64,000 nucleotides of DNA from NCBI GenBank assembly GCA_964016885.1, contig OZ024741.1:408146001-408210000 (forward strand), read 5' to 3'. The translations under genes and the position numbers were made by a program. Position 1 is the first letter of the stretch. The number at the start of each line of letters is the position of its first letter. Source of the DNA: Eledone cirrhosa (taxonomy: Eukaryota). The notes below the pieces were generated by a model. That model did no database searches, had not been told where the DNA came from, and was given only the letters and a program-made list of their open reading frames with translations. Below are positions 12,030-25,180 of the stretch, in pieces.

Positions 12030-14100
12030 AAGGTTAATAGCTTTGTTGGGTGGATGGCTGAGTAACTGGAAGGTTAGCAGGTTTGTTGGGTGGATGGATG
12101 GGTAACTGGAACTTAGCAGGTTTGTTCGGTGGATGGCTGGGTACCGGAAGGTTAACAGGTTTTTTGGGTGGAGGGCTGGGTAACTGGAAGGTTAGCAGAT
12201 TTGTTGGGTGGATGCCTGGGTAACTGGAAGTTTAGCAGGTTTGTTGTGTGCATGGCTGGGTTACTGGAAGGTTAGCAGGTTTGTTGGGTGGGTGGCTGGG
12301 TAACTGGAAGGTTAGCAGGTTTGTTGGATGGATGGCTGGGTACTGAAAGGTTAGCAGGTTTGTTGGGTGGATGGCTGAGTAACTTGAGGGTTAGCAGTTT
12401 TGTTGGGTGGATGGCTGGGTATTTGGAAGATTAGCAGGTTTGTTGGGTGGATGGCTGGGTAACTGGAAGATTAGCAGGTTTGTTGGGTGGATGGCTGGGT
12501 AACTGGAAGGTTAGCAGGTTTGTTGGGTGGATGGCTGATTAACAGGTAGGTTAACAGGTTTGTTTGGTGGGTAGCTGGGTAACTGGAAGATTAACAGGTT
12601 TGTTGGGTGGATGGCTGGGTAACTGGAAGGTTAGCTGGTTTCTTGGGTGGATGGCTGGGTAACTGGAAGGTTAACAGGTTTGTTGGGTGGATTGCTAGGT
12701 AACTGGAAGGTTAACAGGTTTGTTGGGTGGATGGCTGAGTAACTGGAAGGTTAGCAGGTGTGTTGGGTGGATGGCTGAGTAACTGGAAGGTTAACAGATT
12801 TGTTGGGTGGATGGCTGAGTAACTGGAAGGTTAACAGGTTTGTTTTGTGGATGGCTGAGTAACTGGTAGGTTAACAGGTTTGTTTGGTGGGTGGCTGGGT
12901 AACTGGAAGATGAACAGGTTTGTTGGGTGGATGGCTGGGTAACTGGAAGGTTAACAGGTAAGTTGGGTGGATGGCTGGGTAACTGGAAGGTTAACAGGTT
13001 TGTTGGGTGGATGGCTGGTTAACTGGAAGGTTTATAGGTTTGTTGGGTGGATGGCTGAGTAACTGGAAGGTTAATAGGTTTGTTGGGTGGATGGCTGAGT
13101 AACTGGAAGGTTAGCAGGTTTGTTGGGTGGATGGATGGGTAACTGGAACTTAGCAGGTTTGTTGGGTGGATGGCTGGGTACCGGAAGGTTAACAGGTTTT
13201 TTGGGTGGAGGGCTGGGTAAGTGGAAGGTTAGCAGATTTGTTGGGTGGATGCCTGGGTAACTGGAAGTTTAGCAGGTTTGTTGGGTGCATGGCTGGGTTA
13301 CTGGAAGGTTAGCAGGTTTGTTGGGTGGGTGGCTGGGTAACTGGAAGGTTAGCAGGTTTGTTGGATGGATGGCTGGGTATTGAAAGGTTAGCAGGTTTGT
13401 TGGGTGGATGGCTGAGTAACTTGAGGGTTAGCAGTTTTGTTGGGTGGATGGCTGGGTATTTGGAAGATTAGCAGGTTTGTTGGGTGGATGGCTGGGTAAC
13501 TGGAAGATTAGCAGGTTTGTTGGGTGGATGGCTGGGTAACTGGAAGGTTAGCAGGTTTGTTGGGTGGATGGCTGATTAACAGGTAGGTTAACAGGTTTGT
13601 TTGGTGGGTGGCTGGGTAACTGGAAGATTAACAGGTTTGTTGGGTGGATGGCTGGGTAACTGGAAGGTTAGCTGGTTTGTTGGGTGGATGGCTGGGTAAC
13701 TGGAAGGTTAACAGGTTTGTTGGGTGGATTGCTGGGTAACTGGAAGGTTAACAGGTTTGTTGGATGGATGGCTGAGTAACTGGAAGGTTAGCAGGTGTGT
13801 TGGGTGGATGGCTGAGTAACTGGAATGTTAGCAGGTTTGTTGGGTGGATGGCTGAGTAACTGGAAGGTTAACAGGTTTGTTTTGTGGATGGCTGAGTAAC
13901 TGGTAGGTTAACAGGTTTGTTTGGTGGGTGGCTGGGTAACTGGAAGATTAACAGGTTTGTTGGGTGGATGGCAGGGTAACTGGAAGGTTACCAGGTAAGT
14001 TGGGTGGATGGCTGGGTAACTGGAATGTTAACAGGTTTGTTGGGTGGATGGCTGGTTAACTGGAAGGTTAATAGGTTTGTTGGGTGGATGGCTGAGTAAC
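12030..14100 (+). repeat. Higher-order tandem duplication, two copies of a 26-monomer (1037 bp) block
   Basis: ACTTAGC 12111/13148 and GATTAACAGGTAGG 12537/13574, both offset 1037 = 26x40-3. Confidence 0.9.
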
Positions 14101-17100
14101 TGGAAGGTTAATAGGTTTGTTGGGTGGATGGCTGAGTAACTGGAAGGTTAATAGGTTTGTTGGGTGGATGGCTGAGTAACTGGCAGGTTAACAGATTTGT
14201 TGGGTGGATGGCTGGGTATCTGGAAGGTTAGCAGTTTTGTTGGGTGGATGGCTGAGTAACTGGAAGGTTAACAGTTTTGTTGGGTGGATTCCTGGGTAAC
14301 TGGAAGGTTAGCAGGTTTGTTGGGTGGATGGCTGGGTAACTCGAAGATTAGCAGGTTTGTTGGGTGGATGGCTGGGTAACTGGAAGGTTAGCAGGTTTGT
14401 TGGGTGGATGGCTGAGTAACTGGAAGGTTAACAGGTTTGTTGGTTGGATGGCTGAGTAACTGGAAGGTTAATAGGTTTGTTGGGTGGATGGCTGAGTAAC
14501 TGGAAGGTTAATAGGTTTGTTGGGTGGATGGCTGGGTAACTGGAAGGTTAGCAGGTTTGTTGGGTGGATGGATGGGTAACTGGAACTTAGCAGGATTGTT
14601 GGGTGGATGGCTGAGTAACTGGAAGGTTAACAGGTTTGTTGGGTGGATGGCTGGGTAACTCGAAGATTAGCAGGTTTGTTGGGTGGATGGCTGGGTAACT
14701 GGAAGGTTAGCAGGTTTGTTGGGTGGATGGCTGAGTAACTGGAAGGTTAACAGGTTTGTTGGGTGGATGGCTGGGTAAAAGAAGGTTAGCAGGTTTGTTG
14801 GGTGGATGGCTGGGTAACTGGAAGATTAACAGGTTTGATGGGTGGATGGCTGGGTAACCAGAAGGTTAACAGGTAAGTTGGGTGGATGGCTGGGTAACTG
14901 GAAGGTTAACAGATTTGTTGGGTGGATGCCTGGGTAACTGGAAGTTTAGCAGGTTTGTTGGGTGCATGGCTGGGTTACTGGAAGGTTAGCAGGTTTGTTG
15001 GGTGGATGGCTGGGTAATTGGAAGGTTAGCAGGTTTGTTGGGTGGATGGCTGAGTAACTGGAAGGTTAGCAGTTTTGTTGGGTAGACGGCTGGGTATTTG
15101 GAAGATTAGCAGGTTTGTTGGGTGGATGGCTGGGTAACTGGAAGATTAGCAGGTTTGTTGGGTGGATGGCTGGGTAACTGGGAGGTTAACATGTCTGTTG
15201 GTTGGATGGCTGAGTAACTGGAAGCTTAACAGGTTTGTTGGGTGGATGGCTGGGTAACTGGAAGGTTAACAGGTTTGTTGGGTGGATGGCTGGGTAACTG
15301 GAAGGTTAATAGGTTTGTTGGCTGGATGGCTGGGTAACTGGAAGGTTAGCAGGTTTGTTGGGTGGATGGCTGGGTACCGGAAGGTTAACAGGTTTTTTGG
15401 GTGGAGGGCTGGGTAACTGGAAGGTTAGCAGATTTGTTGGGTGGATGCCTGGGTAACTGGAAGTTTAGCAGGTTTGTTGGGTGCATGGCTGGGTTACTGG
15501 AAGGTTAGCAGGTTTGTTGGGTGAATGGCTGGGTATTTGGAAGATTAGCAGGTTTGTTGGGTGGATGGCTGGGTAACTGGAAGATTAGCAGGTTTGTTGT
15601 GTGGATGGCTGAGTAACTGGAAGGTTAACAGGTTTGTTGGGTGGATGGCTGAGTAACTGGTAGGTTAACAGGTTTGTTTGGTGGGTGACTGGGTAACTGG
15701 AATGTTAACAGGTTTGTTGGGTGGATGTCTGGGTAAGTGGAAGATTAACAGGTTTGTTGGGTGGATGGCTGGGTAACTGGAAGGTTAATAGGTTTGTTGG
15801 CTGGATGGCTGGGTTTTTGGAAGGTTAGCAGGTTTGGTGGGTGGTGCTGGGTACCGGAAGGTTAATAGATTTTTTGGGTGGATGGCTGGGTAACTGGAAG
15901 GTTAGCAGATTTGTTGGGTGGATGCCTGGGTAACTGGAAGCTTAGCAGGTTTGTTGGGTGCATGGCTGGGTTACTGGAAGATTAGCAGGTTTGTTGGGTG
16001 GATGGCTGGGTAACTGGAAGGTTAGCAGGTTTGTTCGATGGATGGCTGAGTAACTGGAAGGTTAATAGGTTTGTTGGGTGGATGGCTGAGTAACTGGCAG
16101 TTTAATAGATTTGTTGGGTGGATGGCTGGGTAACTGGAAGATTAACAGGTTTGTTGGGTGGATGGCTGTGTAACTGGAAGGTTAACAGGTAAGTTGGGTG
16201 GATGGCTGGGTAACTGGAAGGTTAACAGGTTTGTTGGGTGGATGGCTGGGTAACTGGAAGGTTAACAGTTTTGTTGGGTGGATGGCTGAGTAACTGGAAG
16301 GTTAACAGTTTTGTTGGGTGGATGGCTGAGTCACTGGTAGGTTAACAGGTTTGTTTGGTGGGTGGCTGGTTAACTGGAAGATTAACAGGTTTGTTGGGTG
16401 GATGGCTGGGTAACTGGAAGGTTAACAGGTAAGTTGGGTGGAATGCTGGGTAACTGGAAGGTTAACAGGTTTGTTGGGTGGATGGCTGGGTAACTGGAAG
16501 GTTTACAGGTTTGTTGGGTGGCTGGCTGGTTAACTGGAAGGTTAATAGGTTTGTTGGGTGGATGGCTGAGTAACTGGAAGGTTAATAGGTTTGTTGGGTG
16601 GATGGCTGAGTAACTGGAAGGTTAATAGGTTTGTTGGGTGGATGGCTGAGTAACTGGCAGGTTAATAGATTTGTTGGGTGGATGGCTGGGTAACTGGAAG
16701 GTTAGCAATTTTGTTGGGTGGATGGCTGAGTAACTGGAAGGTTAACAGTTTTGTTGGGTGGATTCCTGGGTAACTGGAAGGTTAGCAGGTTTGTTGGGTG
16801 GATGGCTGAGTAACTGGAAGATTAACAGGTTTGTTGGGTGGATGGCTGAGTAACTGGAAGATTAACAGGTTTGTTGGGTGGATGGCTGGGTAACTGGAAG
16901 GTTAACAGGTTTGTTGGGTGGATGGCTGAGTAACTGGAAGGTTAGCAGGTTTGTTGGGTGGATGGCTGAGTAACTGGAAGGTTAACAGTTTTGTTGGGTG
17001 GATGGCTGAGTAACTGGTAGGTTAACAGGTTTGTTTGGTGGGTGGCTGGTTAACTGGAAGATTAACAGGTTTGTTGGGTGGATGGCTGGGTAACTGGAAG

Positions 17101-20100
17101 GTTAACAGGTAAGTTGGGTGGAATGCTGGGTAACTGGAAGGTTAACAGGTTTGTTGGGTGGATGGCTGGGTAACTGGAAGGTTTACAGGTTTGTTGGGTG
17201 GATGGCTGGTTAACTGGAAGGTTAGCAGGTTTGTTGGGTGGATGGATGGGTAACTGGAACTTAGCAGGTTTGTTGGGTGGATGGCTGAGTAACTGGAAGG
17301 TTGACAGTTTTGTTGGGTGGATTCATGGGTAACTGGAAGGTTAGCAGGATTGTTGGGTGGATGGCTGAGTAACTGGAAGGTTAACAGGTTTGTTGGGTGG
17401 ATGGCTGGGTAACTCGAAGATTAGCAGGTTTGTTGAGTGGATGGCTGGGTAACTGGAAGTTTAGCAGCTTTGTTGGGTGGATGACTGAGATACTGGAAGG
17501 TTAACAGGTTTGTTGGGTGGATGGCTGGGTAACTGGAAGGTTAGCAGGTTTGTTGGGTGGATGGCTGGGTAACTGGAAGATTAGCAGGTTTGTTTGGTGG
17601 ATGGCTGGGTAACTGGAAGGTTAGCAGGTTTGTTGGGTGGATGGCTGAGTAACTGGAAGGTTAACAGGTTTGTTGCGTGGATGGCTGAGTAACTGGAAGG
17701 TTAATAGGTTTGTTGGGTGGATGGCTGAGTAACTGGAAGGTTAATAGGTTTGTTGGGTGGATGGCTGAGTAACTGGCAGGTTAACAGATTTGTTGGGTGG
17801 ATGGCTGGGTATCTGGAAGGTTAGCAGTTTTGTTGGGTGGATGGCTGAGTAACTGGAAGGTTAACAGTTTTGTTGGATGGATTCCTGGGTAACTGGAAGG
17901 TTAGCAGGTTTGTTGGCTGGATGGCTGGGTAACTGGAAGGTTAGCAGGTTTGTTGGGTGGATGGCTGAGTAACTGGAAGGTTAACAGTTTTGTTGGGTGG
18001 ATGGCTGAGTAACTGGAAGGTTAATAGGTTTGTTCGGTGGATGGCTGAGTAACTGGAAGGTTAATAGGTTTGTTGGGTGGATGGCTGGGTAACTGGAAGG
18101 TTAGTAGGTTTGTTGGGTGGATGGATGGGTAACTGGAACTTAGCAGGATTGTTCGGTGGATGGCTGAGTAACTGGAAGGTTAACAGGTTTGTTGGGTAGA
18201 TGGCTGGGTAACTCGTAGATTAGCAGGTTTGTTGGGTGGATGGCTGGGTAACTGGAAGGTTAGCAGGTTTGTTGGGTGGATGGCTGAGTAACTGGAAGGT
18301 TAACAGGTTTGTTGGGTGGATGGCTGGGTAACTGGAAGGTTAGCAGGTTTGTTGGGTGGATGGCTGGGTAACTGGAAGATTAACAGGTTTGATGGGTGGA
18401 TGGCTGGGTAACTGGAAGGTTAACAGGTAAGTTGGGTGGATGGCTGGGTAACTGGAAGGTTAAAAGGTTTGTTGGGTGGATGGCTGGGTAACTGGAAGGT
18501 TAAAAGGTTTGTTGGCTGGAAGGCTGGGTAACTGGAAGGTTAGCAGATTTGTTGGGTGGATGGCTGGGTACCGGAAGGTTAACAGGTTTTTGGGTGGAGG
18601 GCTGGGTAACTGGAAGGTTAGCAGATTTGTTGGGTGGATGCCTGGGTAACTGGAAGTTTAGCAGGTTTGTTGGGTGCATGGCTGGGTTACTGGAAGGTTA
18701 GCAGGTTTGTTGGGTGGATGGCTGGGTAATTGGAAGGTTAGCAGGTTTGTTGGGTGGATGGCTGAGTAACTGGAAGGTTAGCAGTTTTGTTGGTTAGACG
18801 GCTGGGTATTTGGAAGATTAGCAGGTTTGTTGGGTGGATGGCTGGGTAACTGGAAAATTAGCAGGTTTGTTGGCTGGATGGCTGGGTAACTGGAAGGTTA
18901 GCAGGTTTGGTGGGTGGATGGCTGGGTACCGGAAGGTTAATAGATTTTTTGGGTGGATGGCTGGGTAACTGGAAGGTTAGCAGATTTGTTGGGTGGATGC
19001 CTGGGTAACTGGATGTTTAGCAGGTTTGTTGGGTGCATGGCTGGGTAACTGGAAGTTTAGCAGGTTTGTTGGGCGGATGGCTGGGTAACTGGAAGTTTAA
19101 CAGGTCTGTTGGGTGGATGGCAGAGTAACTGGAAGGTTAACAGGTATGTTGGGTGGATGGCTGAGTAACTGGAAGGTTAGCAGGTTTGTTGGGTGGATGG
19201 CTGAGTAACTGGTAGGTTAACAGGTTTGTTTGGTGGGTGGCTGGGTAACTGGAAGATTAACAGGTTTGTTGGGTGGATGGCTGGGTAACTGGAAGGTTAA
19301 CAGGTAAGTTGGGTGGATGGCTGGGTAACTGGAAGGTTAACAGGTTTGTTGGGTGGATGGCTGGGTAACTGGAAGGTTAACAGGTTTGTTGGGTGGATGG
19401 CTGAGTAACTGGAAGGTTAGCAGGTTTGTTGGGTGGATGGCTGAGTAACTGGAAGGTTAACTGTTTTGTTGGGTGGATGGCTGAGTAACTGGAAGGTTAA
19501 CAGTTTTGTTGGGTGGATGGCTGAGTCACTGGTAGGTTAACAGGTTTGTTTGGTGGGTGGCTGGTTAACTGGAAGATTAACAGGTTTGTTGGGTGGATGG
19601 CTGGGTAACTGGAAGGTTAACAGGTAAGTTGGGTGGAATGCTGGGTAACTGGAAGGTTAACAGGTTTGTTGGGTGGATGGCTGGGTAACTGGAAGGTTTA
19701 CAGGTTTGTTGGGTGGATGGCTGGTTAACTGGAAGGTTAATAGGTTTGTTGGGTGGATGGCTGAGTAACTGGAAGGTTAATAGGTTTGTTGGGTGGATGG
19801 CTGAGTAACTGGAAGGTTAATAGGTTTGTTGGGTGGATGGCTGAGTAACTGGCAGGTTAATAGATTTGTTGGGTGGATGGCTGGGTAACTGGAAGGTTAG
19901 CAGTTTTGTTCGGTGGATGGCTGAGTAACTGGAAGGTTAACAGTTTTGTTGGGTGGATTCCTGGGTAACTGGAAGGTTAGCAGGTTTGTTGGGTGGATGG
20001 CTGAGTAACTGGAAGGTTAACAGGTTTGTTGGGTGGATGGCTGAGTAACTGGAAGGTTAATAGGTATGTTGGGTGGATGGCTGGGTAACTCGAAGATTAG

Positions 20101-20369
20101 CAGGTTTGTTGAGTGGATGGCTGGGTAACTGGAAGTTTAGCAGGTTTGTTGGGTGGATGGCTGAGTAACTGGAAGGTTAACAGGTTTGTTGGGTGGATCG
20201 CTGGGTAACTGGAAGGTTAGCAGGTTTGTTGGGTGGATGGCTGGGTAACTGGAAGATTAACAGGTTTGTTGGGTGGATGGCTGGGTAACTGGAAGGTTAA
20301 CAGGTAAGTTGGGTGGATGGCTGGGTAACTGGAAGGTTAACAGGTTTGTTGGGTGGATGGCTGGGTAAC

Positions 20370-21010
20370 TGGAAGGTTAATAGGTTTGTTGGCTGGATGG
20401 CTGGGTGACTGGAAGGTTAGCCGGTTTGTTGGGTGGATGGCTGGTTACCGGAAGGTTAACAGGTTTTTTGGGTGGATGGCTGGGCAACTGGAAGGATAGC
20501 AGATCTGTTGGGTGGATACCTGGGTAACTTGAAGTTTAGCAGGTTTGTTGGGTGCATGGCTGGATTACTGGAAGGTTAGCAGGTTTGTTGGGTGGATGGC
20601 TGGGTAACTGGAAGGTTAGCAGGTTTGTTGGATGGATGGCTGGGTACTGAAAGGTTAGCAGGATTGTTGGGTAGATGGCTAGGTAACTGGAAGGTTAGAT
20701 GGTTTGTTGGGTGGATGTCTGGGTAACTGGAAGGTTAGCAGGTTTATTGGGTGGATGGCTGAGTAACTGGAAGGTTAGCAGTTTTGTTGGGTGGATGGCT
20801 GGGTATTTGGAAGATTAGCAGGTTTGTTGGGTGGATTGCTGGGTAACTGGAAGATTAGCAGGTTTGTTGGGTGGATGGCTGGGTAACTGGGAGGTTAACA
20901 GGTCTGTTGGGTGGATGGCTGAGTAACTGGAAGGTTAACAGGTTTGTTGGGTGGATGGCTGGGTAACTGGAAGCTTAACAGGTTTGTTGGGTGGATGGCT
21001 GGGTAACTGG
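20370..21010 (+). repeat. Representative copy of higher-order cassette A (16 monomers, 638 bp)
   Basis: The TTGGCTGG marker at 20393 recurs at 21031 (638 = 16x40-2, two 39-mers). The intervening variants follow the same order as in many other copies across the window. Confidence 0.8.
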
Positions 21011-22499
21011 AAGGTTAATAGGTTTGTTGGCTGGATGGCTGGGTAACTGGAAGGTTAGCAGGTTTGTTGGGTGGATGGCTGGGTACGGGATGGTTAACAG
21101 GTTTTTTGGGTGGAGGGCTGGGTAACTGGAAGGTTAGCAGATTTGTTGGGTGGATGCCTGGGTGCTTGGAAGTTTAGCAGGTTTGTTGGGTGCATGGCTG
21201 GGTTACTGGAAGGTTAGCAGGTTTGTTGGGCGGATGGCTGGGTAACTGGAAGTTTAACAGGTCTGTTGGGTGGATGGCAGAGTAACTGGAAGGTTAACAG
21301 GTATGTTGGGTGGATGGCTGAGTAACTGGAAGGTTAGCAGGTTTGTTGGGTGGATGGCTGAGTAACTGGTAGGTTAACAGGTTTGTTTGGTGGGTGGCTG
21401 GGTAACTGGAAGATTAACAGGTTTGTTGGGTGGATGGCTGGGTAACTGGAAGGTTAACAGGTAAGTTGGGTGGATGGCTGGGTAACTGGAAGGTTAACAG
21501 GTTTGTTGGGTGGATGGCTGGGTAACTGGAAGGTTAACAGGTTTGTTGGGTGGATGGCTGAGTAACTGGAAGGTTAGCAGGTTTGTTGGGTGGATGGCTG
21601 AGTAACTGGAAGGTTAACAGTTTTTTTGGGTGGATGGCTGAGTAACTGGAAGGTTAACAGGTTTGTTGGGTGGATCGCTGAGTAACTGGAAGGTTAACAG
21701 TTTTTTTGGGTGGATGGCTGAGTCACTGGTAGGTTAACAGGTTTGTTTGGTGGGTGGCTGGTTAACTGGAAGATTAACAGGTTTGTTGGGTGGATGGCTG
21801 GGTAACTGGAAGGTTAACAGTTAAGTTGGGTGGAATGCTGGGTAACTGGAAGGTTAACAGGTTTGTTGGGTGGATGGCTGGGTAACTGGAAGGTTTACAG
21901 GTTTGTTGGGTGGATGGCTGGTTAACTGGAAGGTTAATAGGTTTGTTGGGTGGATGGCTGAGTAACTGGAAGGTTAATAGGTTTGTTGGGTGGATGGCTG
22001 AGTAACTGGAAGGTTAATAGGTTTGTTGGGTGGATGGCTGGGTAACTGGAAGGTTAACAGTTTTGTTGGGTGGATTCATGGGTAACTGGAAGGTTAGCAG
22101 AATTGTTGGGTGGATGGCTGAGTAACTGGAAGGTTAACAGGTTTGTTGGGTGGATGGCTGGGTAACTCGAAGATTAGCAGGTTTGTTGAGTGGATGGCTG
22201 GGTAACTGGAAGTTTAGCAGGTTTGATGGGTGGATGGCTGAGTAACTGGAAGGTTAACAGGTTTGTTGGGTGGATGGCTGGGTAACTGGAAGGTTAATAG
22301 GTTTATAGGGTGGATGGCTGAGTAACTGGAAGGTTAATAGGTTTGTTGGGTGGATGGCTGAGTAACTGGAAGGTTAATAGGTTTGTTGGGTGGATGGCTG
22401 GGTAACTGGAAGGTTAACAGTTTTGTTGGGTGGATTCATGGGTAACTGGAAGGTTAGCAGGATTGTTGGGTGGATGGCTGAGTAACTGGAAGGTTAACA

Positions 22500-25180
22500 G
22501 GTTTGTTGGGTGGATGGCTGGGTAACTCGAAGATTAGCAGGTTTGTTGAGTGGATGGCTGGGTAACAGGAAGTTTAGCAGGTTTGTTGGGTGGATGGCTG
22601 AGTAACTGGAAGGTTAACAGGTTTGTTGGGTGGATGGCTGGGTAACTGGAAGGTTAGCAGGTTTGTTGGGTGGATGGCTGGGTAACTGGAAGATTAACAG
22701 GTTTGTTGGATGGATGGCTGGGTAACTGGAAGGTTAACAGGTAAGTTGGGTGGATGGCTGGGTAACTGGAAGGTTAACAGGTTTGTTGGGTGGATGGCTG
22801 GGTAACTGGAAGGTTAATAGGTTTGTTGGCTGGATGGCTGGGTAACTGGAAGGTTAGCAGGTTTGTTGGGTGGATGGCTGGGTACCGGAAGTTTAACAGG
22901 TTTTTTGGGTGGAGGGCTGGGTAACTGGAAGGTTAGCAGAATTGTTGGGTGGATACCGGGGTAACTGGAAGTTTAGCAGGTTTGTTGGGTGCATGGCTGG
23001 GTTACTGGAAGGTTAGCAGGTTTGTTGGGTGGATGGCAGAGTAACTGGAAGGTTAGCAGGTTTGTTGGATGGATGGCTGGGTACTGAAAGGTTAGCAGGA
23101 TTGTTGGGTAGATGGCTAGGTAACTGGAAGGTTAGCTGGTTTGTTGGGTGGATGGCTGGGTAACTGGAAGGTTAGCAGATTTGTTGGGTGGATGGCTGAG
23201 TAACTGGAAGGTTAGCAGTTTTGTTGGGTGGATGGCTGGGTATTTGGAAGATTAGCAGGTTTGTTGGGTGGATGGCTGGGTAACTGGAAGATTAGCAGGT
23301 TTGTTGGGTGGATGGCTGGGTAACTGGAAGGTTAAGAGTTCTGTTGGGTGGATGGCTGAGTAACTGGAAGGTTAACAGGTTTGTTGGGTGGATGGCTGGT
23401 TAACTGGAAGGTTAATAGGTTTGTTGGGTGGATGGCTGAGTAACTGGAAGGTTAATAGGTTTGTTGGGTGGATGGCTGAGTAACTGGAAGGTTAATAGGT
23501 TTGTTGGGTGGATGGCTGAGTAACTGGCAGGTTAATAGATTTGTTGGGTGGATGGCTGGGTAACTGGAAGGTTAGCAGTTTTGTTGGGTGGATGGCTGAG
23601 TAACTGGAAGGTTAACAGTTTTGTTGGGTGGATTCCTGGGTAACTGGAAGGTTAGCAGGTTTGTTGGGTGGATGGCTGAGTAACTGGAAGGTTAACAGGT
23701 TTGTTGGGTGGATGGCTGAGTAACTGGAAGGTTAATAGGTATGTTGGGTGGATGGCTGGGTAACTCGAAGATTAGCAGGTTTGTTGAGTGGATGGCTGGG
23801 TAACTGGAAGTTTAGCAGGTTTGTTGGGTGGATGGCTGAGTAACTGGAAGGTTAACAGGTTTGTTGGGTGGATGGCGGGGTAACTCGAAGATTAGCAGGT
23901 TTGTTGAGTGGATGGCTGGGTAACAGGAAGTTTAGCAGGTTTGTTGGGTGGATGGCTGAGTAACTGGAAGGTTAACAGGTTTGTTGGGTGGATGGCTGGG
24001 TAACTGGAAGGTTAGCAGGTTTGTTGGGTGGATGGCTGGGTAACTGGAAGATTAACAGGTTTGTTGGGTGGATGGCTGGGTAACTGGAAGGTTAACAGGT
24101 AAGTTGGGTGGATGGCTGGGTAACTGGAAGGTTAACAGGTTTGTTGGGTGGATGGCTGGGTAACTGGAAGGTTAATAGGTTTGTTGGCTGGATGGCTGGG
24201 TAACTGGAAGGTTAGCAGGTTTGTTGGGTGGATGGCTGGGTACCGGAAGGTTAACAGGTTTTTTGGGTGGAGGGCTGGGTAACTGGAAGGTTAGCAGAAT
24301 TGTTGGGTGGATACCGGGGTAACTGGAAGTTTAGCAGGTTTGTTGGGTGGATGGCAGAGTAACTGGAAGGTTAGCAGGTTTGTTGGATGGATGGCTGGGT
24401 ACTGAAAGGTTAGCAGGATTGTTGGGTAGATGGCTAGGTAACTGGAAGGTTAGCTGGTTTGTTGGGTGGATGGCTGGGTAACTGGAAGGTTAGCAGATTT
24501 GTTGGGTGGATGGCTGAGTAACTGGAAGGTTAGCAGTTTTGTTGGGTGGATGGCTGGGTATTTGGAAGATTAGCAGGTTTGTTGGGTGGATGGCTGGGTA
24601 ACTGGAAGATTAGCAGGTTTGTTGGGTTGATGGCTGGGTAACTGGAAGGTTAACAGTTCTGTTGGGTGGATGGCTGAGTAACTGGAAGGTTAACAGGTTT
24701 GTTGGGTGGATGGCTGGTTAACTGGAAGGTTAATAGGTTTGTTGGGTGGATGGCTGAGTAACTGGAAGGTTAATAGGTTTGTTGGGTGGATGGCTGAGTA
24801 ACTGGAAGGTTAATAGGTTTGTTGGGTGGATGGCTGAGTAACTGGCAGGTTAATAGATTTGTTGGGTGGATGGCTGGGTAACTGGAAGGTTAGCAGTTTT
24901 GTTGGGTGGATGGCTGAGTAACTGGAAGGTTAACAGTTTTGTTGGGTGGATTCCTGGGTAACTGGAAGGTTAGCAGGTTTGTTGGGTGGATGGCTGAGTA
25001 ACTGGAAGGTTAACAGGTTTGTTGGGTGGATGGCTGAGTAACTGGAAGGTTAATAGGTATGTTGGGTGGATGGCTGGGTAACTCGAAGATTAGCAGGTTT
25101 GTTGAGTGGATGGCTGGGTAACTGGAAGTTTAGCAGGTTTGTTGGGTGGATGGCTGAGTAACTGGAAGGTTAACAGGTTT
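22500..25180 (+). repeat. Tandem duplication of about 1.32-1.36 kb (33-34 monomers)
   Basis: TAACAGGAAG 22563/23921 and GGATACCGGGG 22951/24309 (offset 1358); GGTATG 23738/25056 (1318). Confidence 0.82.
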
